Origin: Gnetum montanum
Taxonomy: Eukaryota > Plantae > Gnetophyta
Reading direction: 5' to 3'
Assembly (NCBI GenBank): GCA_015680685.1
Contig: MNCI01000691.1
Coordinates: 245,148 to 309,147 of the forward strand
Length of the DNA: 64,000 nucleotides
The notes under the pieces are model-generated. The model had not been told where the DNA came from, made no database searches, and was given only the letters and a program-made list of their open reading frames with translations. Below, piece by piece: positions 24,081-38,700 of this stretch; position 1 is the stretch's first letter; every line of letters begins with the position of its first letter. The translations under genes were made by a program, and so were the position numbers.

Positions 24081-27000
24081 AATTGTAACATATCCTGCAC
24101 TCGGTCAACGCACCACCTGTCTCCCGATCCGATTTTTTCTCACCTTACAACCACTCATCCCCTTTCAGACCTGAGTCTAATGTCTAAACCTGTATAAAAA
24201 CTTTGATTTTTGACCAGATCCGAGTGGGAAAAACTGGAAGGCATCTTGGCAAAAAATCAGGGCAGACCACATTAAGAAAATTGAGAAACCTGCATACTAT
24301 ACGCTGGACTTCAACCCTGTACGCTGAACATATAGCCTTTACGCTGTGCCTACAGTTGAACCCAACACGCTGTCACACCCTTGCATTCACCAGGGCTCTT
24401 CGTCCGCCTTATGTCAGATCCACAACTGTGTTAAGACCGGTGCATTGTAACTCCTATTATGCAATAATATTGCCACATTTCTTTGCTAAGATTTATTACA
24501 GTTTTTCGTTCATTACTGCATGCTCATCGTTTACATTCCTATACATTTACGCTCAGTTTTACATTAGTTACGTTGTTTACATATAACCCGGCGTACAATA
24601 TATCGGTATACACTCGGGGAAATCCTTGTCTGATCCGCGTGCAGACCACTCGAGGTACTCTGCCTTCGTTAATTCCAGCTTGCCCTCAAGCGAAGGTAGG
24701 GTCTTATGTGCTTGTCTCGGGATCCCCTGGTCTTTATTTCATTCCAGCCAGAGACTGACGATTTCGGACAGTACAATGGTAATGGTAGATCAAAGTCCAG
24801 AGGTAGAGGAAAATCTAAAAATCACAGGGAAGTTGTTTGCTGGAATTGTGACAAGAAGGGTCACTTTAGAAATTAGTGCAAGGCACCAAAGAAGAAGAAA
24901 AATCACACTCAAAATGATGAATCAGCGAATGCAGCAGAGGAGATTATTGTTGATGCTTTGATTTGTTGTGTGGACAATCCCATTGAATCTTGGATTCTGG
25001 ATTTAAGTGCTTCATTCCACTCCACTCCATGCAAGGAATTGTTACACAATTATGTTGCAGGGAAGTTTGGAAAGGTTTATCTTGCAGATGATGAACCTTT
25101 GGATATTGTGGGGAAGGGTGAAGTTCAAATAAAAACCACCTAAGGGATACAATGGAAATTGCAAGATGTAAGACATGTTCTTGGACTTAAGAAAAATTTA
25201 ATCTCCATGAGTCAGATGGATTTGGATGGGTATACAACAACATTTGGTGATAGATCATGGAAGATTACCAAGGGAAACTTGGTTGTTGCACGAGGCAATA
25301 AGGTGGGAACATTATACATTACTACATCAAAGAAAGATACAATTGCAGTTGCTAACTATGATGGTGATTCAGTCCTATGGCACCGAAGACTTGGGCACAT
25401 GAGCGAAAAAGGTATGAAGTTGTTAGCTTCAAAGGGAAAGTTACCAAAGTTTAAGTGTGATGATGTTGGCTTGTGTGAAGATTGTGTTTATGGGAAGCAA
25501 AAACGAGTTACTTTCCAAAGATAGGGAGGATACCACAAACTGAAAAGCTTGAACTGGTGCATTCAGATGTATGGGGACCAGCTCCAGTGAAGTCTCTTGG
25601 AGGCTCAAGTTATTATGTCACCTTCATTGACGATTCCACTAGGAAGGTATGGGTTTATTTTCTTAAAAATAAATCCGATGTGTTTGCTACTTTTAAAAGG
25701 TGGAAAGTTGAAGTAGAAAATCAGACTGGTTTAAAAATAAAATGTCTAAAGTCAGATAATGGAGGGGAATATGACAGCCAAGAATTCAAGAATTTCTGTT
25801 CAGAAAATGGGATCAAGATGATCAAGATAGTTCCAAGAACGCTAGAGCAAAATGGTGTTGCTGAACGGATGAACAGAACCTTGAATGAAAGAGCTAGGAG
25901 CATGAGAATACACTCTAGGCTACCAAAGTTCTTTTGGGCAGATGCAGTTTACACAGCAGCCTACCTCATTAATCAAGCACCTTCAGTTCCATTGGAGTTC
26001 AGAATACCAGAGGAGGTATGGACTGGGAAGGAGGTAAATCTTTCACATTTAAAAATTTATGGGTGTGTCTCGTATGTGCATATTGATTCAAATGATAGAG
26101 ATACGCTAGATCCTAAAGCCAAGAAATGTTATTTTATTGGCTATGGTTCCGATAATTTTGGTTATCGTTTCTGGGATGATCAAAATAGGAAAATTATAAG
26201 ACAAAGGGATGTCATTTTTAATGAACACATGGTGTACAAGGATAGGTTCAGTTTAGAATCCAACATTGCAGAGAAGCAAGAAAAGGAATGTGAGAAGGCT
26301 GAACTGGAAGAGATATCTGAGAGGGATGTGGATAGAAGGATTCAAGCAAATCCTAGAAACAGGATAGCTGAAAATAAAAATGACATTGTAGAAACAACCA
26401 CACCAGAGCCTCAGTTGAGAAGGTCTGCAAGAACACCAAAGCCTAGAGAAAGTACTTTCTCTTGTTACAGTACTTATTGTTAACTGATGCTGGGGAACCA
26501 GAATGTTTGGATGAAGCAATGCAGGCAACAAATTGTGTTGAGTGGGAGGTGGCTATGAGAGATGAGATGAAGTCACTCCACAAAAATATGACATAGACAC
26601 TAACTGAGTTGCCAGAAGGAAAGAAGGCATTGCAGAATAAGTGGGTGTACAGGGTCAAGGAAGAACATGATGGCAACAAAAGATACAAAGCAAGGTTAGT
26701 AGTTAAGGGTTTCCAACAGAAAAATGGAATTGACTACACAGAAATTTTTTTCACCTGTAGTAAAGTTGACTACCATTCGAGTAGTGCTAAGTATTGTGGC
26801 TGCTGATGATTTGCATCTAGAGCAGCTAGATGTCAAAACTGCATTTCTACATGATGATCTCGAAGAAGACATTTACATGACACAACCAGAAGGCTTCCAA
26901 GTTCCAAGGAGGGAAAATTTGGTGTGTAAATTGAAGAAAAGCCTGTATGGGTTGAAGCAAGCTCCAAGGCAATGGTACAAAAAGTTTGATGGATTTATGT

Positions 27001-29723
27001 GTAAAAATGGCTTTGTTCGAAGCGAGATGGATCACTGCTGCTATTTCAAGAATACTAATAACTATTATATAATATTGTTGTTATATGTTGATGATATGCT
27101 AGTTGCAAGGACTAGCATGAAGGAGATCAATAACTTAAAGCAGCAATTGGCAAGAAAATTTGAGATGAAAGACTTGGGGTCAGCTAAGCAGATACTTGGA
27201 ATGAGAATATCTAGAGATAGATCAGAGGATTGCTGAAGCCATCTCAAGAAAAGTACATAGGAAAGTTGCTGAAAAAGTTTAGTCTTCATGATGCCAAGAT
27301 CAGAAATACTCCTATGGGAAGCCATGTTCATCTCTCCAAGGAGCAGGCACCAAAGACAGATGAGGAGAGAAAACACATGGCCAAAGTACCTTATGCTTCA
27401 GTAGCTAGAAGCTTGATGTATGCTATGGTATGTACCAGGCCAGACATAGCTCATGCAGTGGGAGTTGCTAACAGGTTTATGTCTGATCTAGGAAGGGAAC
27501 ATTGGGAAGTTGTAAAGTGGCTCCTAAGATATCTGAAAAGAACTTCAGGTATGACAGTTTGTTTTAAAAGGAGCAACATTACTCTACAGGGTTTTTCTGA
27601 TGTGGATCTGGGAGGTGACTTGGATAGCAGGAGGAGCACCACTGGTTCTCTTTTTATCATGGGCAACACGGTTGTGAGCTGAATGTCTCGACTTCGGCAG
27701 AGCATTGCTCTCTCAACCACAGAAGCAGAATATATGGCTATCTTAGAAGCTGGAAAAGAGATGATCTGGTTGAAGGGTCTTATAAAAGAATTGGGTAAGA
27801 CACAGGACAGCAATGAGCTTTTCACTAACAGTCAAAGTGCCATACATCTAGCTAAAAATCCAGTTTTTCATTCCAAATCCAATCACATTTAGCTGAGGTA
27901 TCATCATATCCGAGAATTGATAGATGATGGAACATTATTGCTAAGGAAGATTCCTGATTCAAAAACCCTGCAGACATGTTAACCAAGGTAGTTACCTTTG
28001 CTAAGCTGAAACTTTGCACAACCTTAGCAGGCCTCCATGGTTAGCAATGAGGATGCCTTGTTTTTTGTTTGATTAGTCTCCAAGTGGGAGATTGTTAGGT
28101 TAAGTGGTGACTGATCCAACACGGGTCATAGCTAGTTAACAGCAGTTAGAGCAGTAGTTAACAGCAGTGAGCAATAGTTAGCGGTAGTTAACAGCAGTTA
28201 AAGTAATAGTTAACCAGTAGTTACTGATCTAGTTTCCGTTCTCTTCGGTAAGGGCCCAAAAACGTTGCTGTTTCCATAATTGTATCTAACAATTATTCTT
28301 TAATAACAATTCTCATGTATCTCCATTTCCGGTGGTGTGCTTGCTTAAATGCCACACAAATGTGTGTGTTGCCTGTGTTTTCTGTTTTCTTTCGTTCTTT
28401 ATCTGTTCCTGAATTTAACAAGATCAACAGAAAAGAGATGTAGTTAGCACGATTAGTAGAGATATATATCTTGTTGCAGGAAAAGAATCAGTGGGTGTGG
28501 GTGATAGGTCTGTGTGTGTTGGCTGTGTAGGTGTGGGACATTTTCACTGCACCAAACAAAGAAAGAAAGAAAATAAAGAAAGAGAGAGAAAACTTTCAAG
28601 ATTTAACTTACTTTGGGCTCTCTGATCCTGTGGAGTCAAATGTCCGTGACCAGCCACTGCATCTTGCCTTGTAAATTACGTTTTTGCGGTGAACTTGCTG
28701 AAATGACATAACAATCCATAATGTTTGGGTGCAATTGCCGCGGACCACTGATTACTTCAGCTGTTGATGGAGTAATAAGAATATCGATCGATTTCCAAGA
28801 AGGTTGTGGCTAGTCGATCATATTAGATATGCCCAAGTTATGCGCGATTGACAGATGTAGCGGCACGATTGACAGATTTAACCGCAGGAAAGTCGGAACG
28901 CGTAATAGTGATGGGAAAGTGGCGGCTGGATTTTGCCCAGCTCTCTGTAAAACGGTGAATTAATTTTGAATCAATGTTGCTCCCCAGAATTCCAAACACA
29001 GTTAGAAAGTGCAAAAACAAGTAATAATCCGTCCTTATTGATCTCCGCGAAAGAGTAAAAGGTCGGTACTAAGTACTGACCTTCACTCATTTATGATTCA
29101 AGGATTAAGCAAACCAGCAAACTCATCTACCCACGTGAAATCCCCATCTTCTGTTTTGCAGAAATCTTGACTGTCTATGCTTGGTTGGGAACACTGCATC
29201 CTGACGCTACCTGGGCAACCCTTTTTGTTTTTAATTTTGAGAACATGCTCGGTTAGCTTTTGACCAAATTCAAGATTGTGCTATTGCAGCAAAACATAAT
29301 TTACATCAAAATGCCTTTGACTGATTTGAGAGTCACGGGTTTGGAGATAACATGTAGCTCAACCCGGCAACCCCACTAACCGTGACGGAAATCCTAACGA
29401 ATAGGTCTGGAATCTGTAACAATATTTACATACATGAGCTCTAATGTTTTTCAAAATTTTATCCGTATGAAGAATGTTTGGAACGGCCACTTGAAATCAT
29501 GGAATTTGGTGTCAGCAACCGACGTCATGAAAAATGTACTCCAAATGTAATGAAACTGAACATGAAATTGAAATTTTATTGTGCACTGAATAAACTATTG
29601 CATATCGAAATCTATTTTGAAAACGTTGCAGACAGATGCATAATTCAGGAACTGCAAAAATCTTCCATGATAAAACCAGAAGAAGCTGTGCAGTGGGGTG
29701 CAGGGAAGTGGTAGGAAGTTGTG

Positions 29724-32700
29724 TGTTGGGAAAAGGAGCGCACAACACCACGAACTAGCTTGTGCAGGATTTTTCCGCTGGACTAAAGTGCAAAATAATA
29801 ACACCCAACAAAACAAGGACTTGTAAGGACTTGTATGGTTTACACTTAGGCCAACTCCAAAAAATCTTTTTTTACTAATAAATAGTAGAAATACAAAAAT
29901 GTTTTTCTAGTTAATTACTAGAGGTATGCAAAATTGATACACACCCTCATGAAAAATATTCTTGAAACAATAAGGAAAAATCTCACACCTCCTTCAAAAA
30001 AATTCCTAGAAATCCAAGCTCACAAGGCATATTTGTGTATCTCTCCCTTTGGCCTCTCTTTCTCATTTTGGCCGTTGGCTTCTCCTCTGCCCCTACTCCC
30101 ATTTGCCATTTCCCTTGGATTTATAGCCAAGGGAAACTACTTGTGCTACCTAACTTAGGCAACATTTGTTGAAGGCTGCCTAACTTAGCAACTAACGTGG
30201 GTGGCTAATTTTGGTTGGCTTAGCAAGCAGCCTTCCTTCCCCTCCTTTTTATTTATTTATATATCAATGTGTTCTAGGCTTCATGTTGGAAGGACCCACA
30301 CACATCAATCTCCCCCTCCCAACTACATGAAGGGCTTAGCCACTCCAACAATTTCTCAACAGATCTCAATCTTATCCTTGGATATAGTTTTTGTCATCAT
30401 ATCTGAACCATTTTCACTTGTGTGAATATTCTTCATTTCCAATTGCTTGGAATTTAATACATCTTGTATCCAGTGATACCTCATGTTAATATACTTTGAC
30501 CTTGAATGAAAAAAAGCATTTTTACTGAGATGTATAGTGCTTTGACTATCACAATATAAGATATACCTATCTTGCTTACACCCAAGCCCCTGTAGAAATT
30601 TCTTCATCCACAGTAATTCCTTACTAGCTTCAATTGTTGCAATGAACTCTGCTTCCATTGTTGAAAGCGCAACACATTTCTGTAACTTTGATTGCCAAGA
30701 CATAGCTCCTCCTACAAAGGTTATCAAATAACCCGAGATGGATTTTCTAGAGTCTACATCTCCAGCCATATCAGCATCAAAATAGCCTCTAGTTCAAGCT
30801 TTCCACTTTCAAAACAAAGTGAGAGTTTGGAAATTCCTCGAAGACACCTAAGAATCCATTTAACTGTAGCCCAATGCTCTCCTTCTAGATTGAAGAGAAA
30901 TTTGCTCACAACACAAATTGTGTAAGCAATGTTTGGTCTTGTGCAAATCGTAGTCTACATCAAACTTTCTATTGTTGAAGCATATGGAATATTACTCATT
31001 TCTTCCTTCTCCTTTTTTATTGAAGGGCATTGCTCCTTGCTCAACTTGAAGTGATTAGCAAGTGGTGAAGTTATTGGTTTAGCTTGGTTCATGTGGAACC
31101 TCTCCGACACTTTCTCAATATATTTCTCTTACAACAACCATACTTTCTTGGAACTTCTCTCCTAATAAGTGCTCATACCAAGGATCTACTTAGTTGGGCT
31201 TAAATCTTTCACAACATAACATTTGCTAAGATCGTTCTTCAAATTATTGATCTTTGGGACATCCTTGTCAATAATCAACATATCATCTACATAAAGTAGA
31301 AGAATAAGGAAGTTTCCATCTGTAAATTTCTTCACAAACACACAATGACTTGCAGTAGTCTTGTTGTAGTCATGCTCTATCATAAAAGATTTAAATTTCA
31401 TGTACCATTGCTAAGTGCTTACTTTAATTCATATAGACTCTTCTTTAGTCTAGACACCATGTTGTATTTCCCGTTGACTTTGAATCCGTTCGATTGCTCC
31501 ATAGATCTCTTCCTCCAAATCACCATGAAGAAAGGCAGTCTTCATATCCATTTGCTCAACCTCTAAGTTTAGACTTGCAGCTAAACTCAAATTTGTTATG
31601 ATGAATGTCATCTTTACCACTAGTTCAAATATTTCTTCAAATTCAATGTCTTGCTTTTGACTAAAGCCTTTCACAGCTAACCTCACCTTATACCTTATTT
31701 CATCTCCATCAGCCTTTAGCCAGTACACCCACTTGTTCTTCAATGCTTTTTTGCCTTTTGGTAATTCCCCCAACTCATATGTGGCATTCTTCTTCAATGA
31801 ATGCATTTCAAATTACATGGCTTTGTTCCACTCCTCCTTGTATTTATCTACTAGAACCTTATCATAACTTTTAAGTTCTTCCCCTTCAATCAACACCACA
31901 TACTCATTAGGAGGATACTTTCTAGAAGGCTAGTGACTTCTTGTTGATCTCCTCAATGGTACTTCAACTGCATCTTGACTTTGTCGTTGACCATCATCTA
32001 TGGAAGCTTGAGTAACTTCTTATTCATTTCCACCTTGATTTTATGAGTTAGGTGAAAGGACAAGATCGTGATTTACCTTATCAATTTACTCAGGTTTCTT
32101 GATCTCCTTGTTAATGTCTCTAATAAATTGATCTTCAAAGAATATCTCAACTTCTGACTATTTTCTTTGTAATAGGATCAAATAGTTTATAGCCAAACTC
32201 ATCATTTCCATATACTAGAAAGATGCATTCCCTAGGTTTTCCATCTAGCTTGGATCTCTCATCCTTTGGGATGTGCACAAATGCTTTGCAACTGAACACT
32301 TTCATATGATCATAGGAGACATCTTTGTCATACTTTCTTCGGAATATCTCTATCCAGAGGAACTAAGGGAGAAAGATTGATCAAATCAACAACTGTCTTC
32401 ACCACTTCTCCCCAAAAGGTTTTGGATAACTTTGCAAGTGACAACATGCTCTTGGACTTTTTCACAATAGTTTGGTTCATCATTTCAGCTAGACCATTTA
32501 GCTAAGGAGTCTTTGAAGGAGTCTTCTAGTGTTGAATACCATGACTCTTACAATACTCTCAAAACGCTCCCAAGTATTCACCTCCATTATTTGTTCTGAT
32601 ACACTTCAGTGTCCTACCAGTCTCTCTTTCTACGCTCAAATGGAATTGCTTGAACACATCTACCACTTGGTCTTTCATTGTCAAGGTATATAACCACACC

Positions 32701-35700
32701 TTTCTAGAGTGATCATTAATAAATGTGACAAAGTAGTGTGCCTTACCAAGTGATCTTGTTGACATAGGACCACAAATATTATAATGCACTAGATCTAAAA
32801 CATGCCTACTTCTACGTGGAAGTGAACTCTTGAAGGTGACTCTATGTTGCTTTCTAGCTAAACAATCTACACAGCTCTTCAAATGTGTGCCCTTCACCTT
32901 CAAAACTATATTCTTCTTAGCTAGGATATCTAGCCCCTTTTGGCTAATGTGGCCAAGCCTTTTATGCCATAGCTCTGTTGTTGCTTCATCCTCCCCCACA
33001 TTGATGGTGTCTCTAATGACATGTGCTTGTGTCATATACAAAGAATGCTACTTCTTTCCTTTGGCTACCACTAAGAAATTCTTGGAGAGTTTCCAATGTC
33101 CTTCTTTGAAGTTGTCCAGTTTACTCACAGATATCAAGTTCAATCTAATATCTGGAACATGTTTGACATTTCTCAGAATTAGTCTGCAACCAATATCTAT
33201 CCTTAAGTAAACATCTTCAATGCTGATTCCTTTGCTTGAATAATCATTTTCCATCTTTACTTCACCATAGTCTCCTTGAGTGTAGGATGAGAAGAAGTCT
33301 CTTTTGGATGTCACATGAATTGAAGCACCACTATCAATTATCCAATTTGTTTCCTGGGTTGCCAAATTGACAACATCAGCATCACTCATGTCTCTAAGGA
33401 TGTAAACTTCCTGATTGACAATTGAAGCCCAATCTCCACCATTCTCATTTGGTTGATGTTTCGATTGCTGCTCCTGCTTCAACTTTCTGCAATTCTTCTT
33501 TATATGTCCCTTCTTGCCACAATGATAACACTCAATCTTCTTTTTGGCTCTAGACTTGCTTCTATTATTTCCATGCTTTTATGGATCTTTGCTCTGGCTC
33601 CTTCCTTGATTTTATGTAACTAGTGCCTTAGAATTGGAACTTGTAAAGCCTATTATCTTTCTCTTTGCTTCTTTATTCAAGAGATTGCTCTTGATTTGGT
33701 TGAATGATACAACTCCATTTGGGACTAAGTTTGTTATCAACATTCTAAGTGTCTCCCAACTTTGTGGCAAGGAACCAAGAATTATCAGATCTTGTCATTC
33801 TTCATTGAAGTTGATCTTCAAATCTGCAAGTTGATTCATAATGCCCTGCATCTCATTGAGGTGGTTAGATATTGATGGGATGCGATATCGCAATGCGCCA
33901 CCAAGTCTATAAATAAGAGGCGGCTCTCCCTTGTTTTCTCATCTAGATCTAGACCCTTAGGGAAACTTTGGAAGTTTTACCTCTCTAGAGATAGAATATT
34001 TTCCATGTGCCCGCAGTAGGAGCTCCAAAGTGAACGGATCTTTATTCGAGCAAATATTGTACCTGAATACATGTTTGTGTATGGAAATAAAGACAAACTT
34101 CTTGGATAAACCTTGTAGTGCATGGAATAGGCTAAATAGGATTTTATTTATTGTTAGTTACTATTTATCATTTACATGCTTTATTAGTCATTAAATCTTT
34201 CTCAACCCTTCTCTCCTAGTTAAGTGCCTCAGTACGACCGCTTCGAGCATGTGCGTTATGCTTGGTGATCCCAGCAATGATTAGCGTTTGGTAACCAAGG
34301 TTGCATTGGTTCAGGGTGTGAACGGTAAGTGGGAACAGATGCTGACACTAGGTTAATTCAGACTTAGTTAGTTAGTTAAAGTTAGTAAGTAGTCTCTTCA
34401 ACCCATCATCGTATCAGCATAGGAGATAAAATTGAAAAGACATAAAAATCATATACCTCAGACTTACTTAACCATACATCGTGACAAATACAAGTAAGTC
34501 TGGGAAGACAACGAATAATTAACCTTAAGTGTTCCATGAGGCATGTAGGCACTTAGTCTGCGGAGTTCAACTGGATCATGCCTGTTACGCTCGTATTCGT
34601 ATGGTTGAGTGTAGGGGTACCTCACCACTCATCAATGGCATCGTTGCCAGGGACTAAGTGTTTGTGCGCTAAGTAGAACATAGGAAATCACTCACATCGT
34701 TGGGAGCTTAAATGAACCTTAGGGTTAATTAAACAAAAAATTATATAACGGTTAAATAGCACATCGATAAGACACAATGTCTTCTTCTTCTTCTCACAAG
34801 AGCATTACACCACCTAGGGATCATATAAGAAATAGTCGATAGTCTAAAACACATAACCAAAATCAACTAGTTCCTCAACAATATAGGGTCATATATACTC
34901 ATCCTGATGAGTATATACCAGATTTTACCTTTATCCTCCATCAGGATGAACAACTGCATTGGAGAGATTTGCAAGGTAACATAGTGTTACCTCTAGATCA
35001 GGTAGTCCCTGACATGCTTCTTCGTGCTCTTGCACGGATATGCATGACAAAATTATATGTTGAATACGTTGTGGAAGATTTTGACATAAGGGATTACCAT
35101 GCCACATCAGCACAACGTTTAAGGGACTCACAATAGGAGAGCCACCATACATTGTTGAAGGGCAAAGGGGTCCTGCACATCCTAAGAAAAATTGGAGATG
35201 GCGAACCACTTATAACGGGTTCTCTATCAAAAGATGTTCCCCCTCCTAACGATAGTGAGGAGGTGGGGTATCAGAACCTATGCTCCACGATACACAACCT
35301 TGGTTCTAATCCCCGTGAACACCAACTGTTCACGGAGGGAACAAAAACACATGACAAGGATGGGCATTCTGATCGTCATCATGATCGAGGCCGTAGCCAT
35401 AGAAGAGAAGGTAAGAAACATCGTCATGGCGATGGTTCTCCTTCTTCTTTCCCTTCATCACATCATTCACCCTCTCCTTCCACATCAGAGCGCAGTCATC
35501 AAGAGCATAATGGTGAGGATAAGGGTAAGCGAAATGAGAGACCTCGACGAGAGAGTCGAGAGAGAGGACGAGGGTAGTCTAGAGAGTCTAGGCATGAAAG
35601 AAGGAAAAGTAGGGAACAACGTAGGCATCATAGATGTCATGAAAGAGATGAGCATGATGAACCCCTACTTGCCACCCAAAGTATGTTAGATATAACGAAG

Positions 35701-38700
35701 GTAGTTAGAATACCAACAAGGCATCAAAAGGACAGTCGGATCAAGAGACTAGATATGAACAATATCCCATGCTTCGAAGGGGGATACAACGCTGATATGC
35801 AAAATCATTTACAGGCATCCCACGATGCCTGCGCCTTGCAGAACATAGAAAAAAAGTGGCAGAAATTAAAGTTGTTTCCTAGGACACTCATAAATGAAGC
35901 AGAGAGTTGGTACCGGTCCTTAGAACCAGAAACCATTAGGAGGTGGAGTACGATGTTAGAACTCTTCAACGATAAATACCAAACGTACTCCAGAGTGTCC
36001 AATTTGCATAAACAAATCCAAGGATGGAAGCAAGGTAATCAAAAACCCTTGGATGCTGTCATGGGCTGCTACTACGCATTTCTGCATCGTTGCCCAAGCC
36101 ATGGTTACGCATAACAGGATCAACTACGCCATCTCATGGATGGGCTAAGGTATGAAACTAGGAGAACCCTTGGGATTTATGCCCAAGGGAGACTATCTGA
36201 ACTTAGATCCCATGAAATTCATCGATTGTTGGAGCAAGTAGCCAAAGAAGAAGGGGAGCTACGAAAAAGAAAAAGCGCGGAAGAATATAACCACGATCCT
36301 TCCCTCCAGAAGAGGGGAGTGAGATTCTACGATGAAGAGGATGAGTTACCACTCGAAGAGTTGGTGAATAGAAAAATCTTGCCACTTCATAAGCTAACAA
36401 CAGAAGTGGCAGCTAAGGTAGATCAGATACATAACTCCTTGGATAGTAGACTTGAACTTGTCCTAAAAAACGTAGAGGATTCTAAGGAGGAATGAAGTAG
36501 TGACAAGGACAAGAAAAAGCAGAGAGATTTAAGCCATGCACGTGACAAGGGTAAGGGAAAAATGAATATCTCTGATGAGGTTGTGGATTCGAATATAGAC
36601 AATGACGGTGGATGTGAGATTTGCCAATATGACCATCCTAAGGGATGTTGTCCAATCATCTCACATCTATAGGAGTCTGGGGTGTATGCACTCAACCTGA
36701 GACTTAACAGATGGCAGACACCCTGAAGGTTACCTTATCCCCAAGGTAACCCAAGGCAGTTCCACCAACCATTAACGTACTATCCAAGTGGAACTTCGCC
36801 ACAACCTATCGGGCAACACCAGCAATGGCAACACCCATAGTCATGGGGGATGCCATCGCCGAGACAACAATACCCTTACCAGCAACTAGATCCTTATGGC
36901 TACTACGTGTAGTAGCTGGTTTCTCCAAGTGACTCCATGGGTCACACAACTCCCCAATGTCACTACCAAGTTTGGGAGTACTTTAGAAGGACTCCTTCTC
37001 CTCCGAAAGATGCTCCATACCCATACCATCCTTCTAATCCATCTACACCTCTTCCACCGGTAGTTCCCATAACACCTCCTGGTCTAACAATGTAAGGGGA
37101 ACTCCCCACTCAACAACAGCAATGCAACGCTACGAGAGCCATAAACATTTAACCTGCTGCTGGTTCTGACAACCACAAAAAGAGAATACCTTTCTTTAGA
37201 ACCAAAAGCCTAGATAAGTTCTCACAACAACAAGTGGTTGAGTCTGTGATTGCTCCTCCAACACATAAGGCTTCGGAGCACCCTTCAGTCCAACATCAGA
37301 GCTTAACGCATACGGTTATGTTAACACATACCGTAACCGACTGGATCAAGGTAGGCCACCTTCCTAGGAAACTATTTAACCCTGGAAGTTCCTTGATTTA
37401 TCTTCAAGTCGCTAGGAACAAACCTCATAGGGCTCTTCTTGACTCAAGTTCCAGAGTCAACTTAATCTCACGAGAAATGTATCAAGCCTGGAACCTGTCC
37501 CAACTTAAGAAGAGCAACATTCAACTAGAGTTGGCTGACTAGTCCATCACCATTCCCTTGGGATTGGTGAAGGACATTGTTACCACTGTGTGTGGTTGGT
37601 CATACCCAGCCGATTCTTAACAACAATGAAGGGAACTTCCGAATCATAATGGGAAGGGCATGGTTGAGTACAGTAGACGCATACCTAGGAATTTATGATC
37701 TTTCCTTGGAAATCTCTAAGGTAAACATTTATGGAAAGATCAAGAAGAAGAAAGTTCCATGCATCAGATATAGCGATTCATTGGGTGATGACATGGAGGA
37801 ATGCACAACATCTCCTCCATGCAACAGGTGTGCCCTTGAAACTCTGAGACAAAGATGCCTCTATGTAGAAACCACACAAGTAGTAGACACCCCGTGGTTG
37901 ACAGCTAGTCGAAAGAGCAACCGACAAATATGCATGGAACGAACTAGGGGAACAACTCATGCCAACAACGAGGGCACAGATACATTGGAATATGAGCGTC
38001 ACCAACTTCCATCCCTTAATCTAAGAACATCAATGGGGAGAAGTTGGGTACTTCTAAGAAATTGAAACAAGCACTCATTATTTCGGATCTCTTCCTTTCC
38101 ATTTAGTCATGGGGGAGATGGCCACCTCTGCTAATCATTTGGGACCCTCAATTCTTTTTAAGTTTTTGTTTTACACATTTTTGTTTTACGCATTTTTGTT
38201 TTATAAGTTTTTGTCTTACACATTTTTGTTTTACACGTTTTTGTCTTACACATTTTTGTTTTACAAATTTCTTTAACTTTTCTTGTTTTTATTTTTCAAC
38301 ATCGTTATACTTTTTCATTTTGTGTATGTGTGTGTGTGTGACCCACCTTGTAAGTTTTTCACCCAATAAGTGTTCTTCATGATGGTATGAACTGTGTTTC
38401 TATTGATTGCTAATGTTTGGTTTTTACCTTTAAGTCATGATGTTGATACTAAGGTATGTTTCTTTTGATATGGCAGGCAATGAGTTCACTTCCTCCATTC
38501 ATCCACTAATTTCTATGGTCTCTCTCGGCTTGGAAATGTACAATCCCTTTCTAATAAGAACTTTAATGAATTAGCGACTGGGCATTTCTCAAACTAAGGA
38601 AGGACTCAAGGATTGAAAAGGGTATGAGTTCCCTAGGGTGTGACTTCAAGGAAACTTGATGCATTTGTGTTGGCCATTCTCTTAGGTGCTTGGATGTTTT

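Larger units (their letters stand above)
23162..24775. mobile_element. 1614-bp solo LTR inserted in the Copia gag
   Basis: TGAAAC...GTACA flanked by a 5-bp TSD ATGGT (23157-23161, 24776-24780). Removal restores GQNHGNGRSKSRGRGK. TATAAAAA near 24193. Confidence 0.88.
22423..28420 (+). mobile_element. Ty1/Copia (Tnt1/Tork-like) retrotransposon, decayed, 5' LTR truncated
   Basis: Partial 5' LTR 22423-22510; TGGTATC at 22513; gag from ATG 22523 (IDKFDGTDFGFW); zinc knuckle CWNCDKKGH at ~24838; protease WILDLSASFH; LWHRRLGHMSEKGM; integrase ELVHSDVWGP/SDNGGEY; RT QLDVKTAFLH/LLYVDDML; RNase [10 protein letters not shown]; PPT AAGTGGGAGAT 28082-28092; 3' LTR 28093-28420 (TG..CA). Confidence 0.95.
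14515..28462 (-). mobile_element. Candidate non-autonomous Helitron carrying captured gene fragments (with nested Copia)
   Basis: Minus-strand 5' end A|TCTCTACTAATCG at 28462. 3' end: hairpin TTCTTCCCGGGAGAA (14530-14544), 11 nt, then CTAG|T (14515-14518). No TSD; AT target. Interior holds several unrelated gene fragments, mostly in the same orientation. No Rep/Hel seen. Confidence 0.5.

Noticed and set aside
23894-24197. Repetitive ORFs (YAGMLY.., CTLAC..)
   Set aside because: Artefacts of translating the 15/30-bp minisatellite.
28845-28880. TTGACAGA repeats as miR156-like
   Set aside because: Match limited to about 8 nt and no complementary arm.
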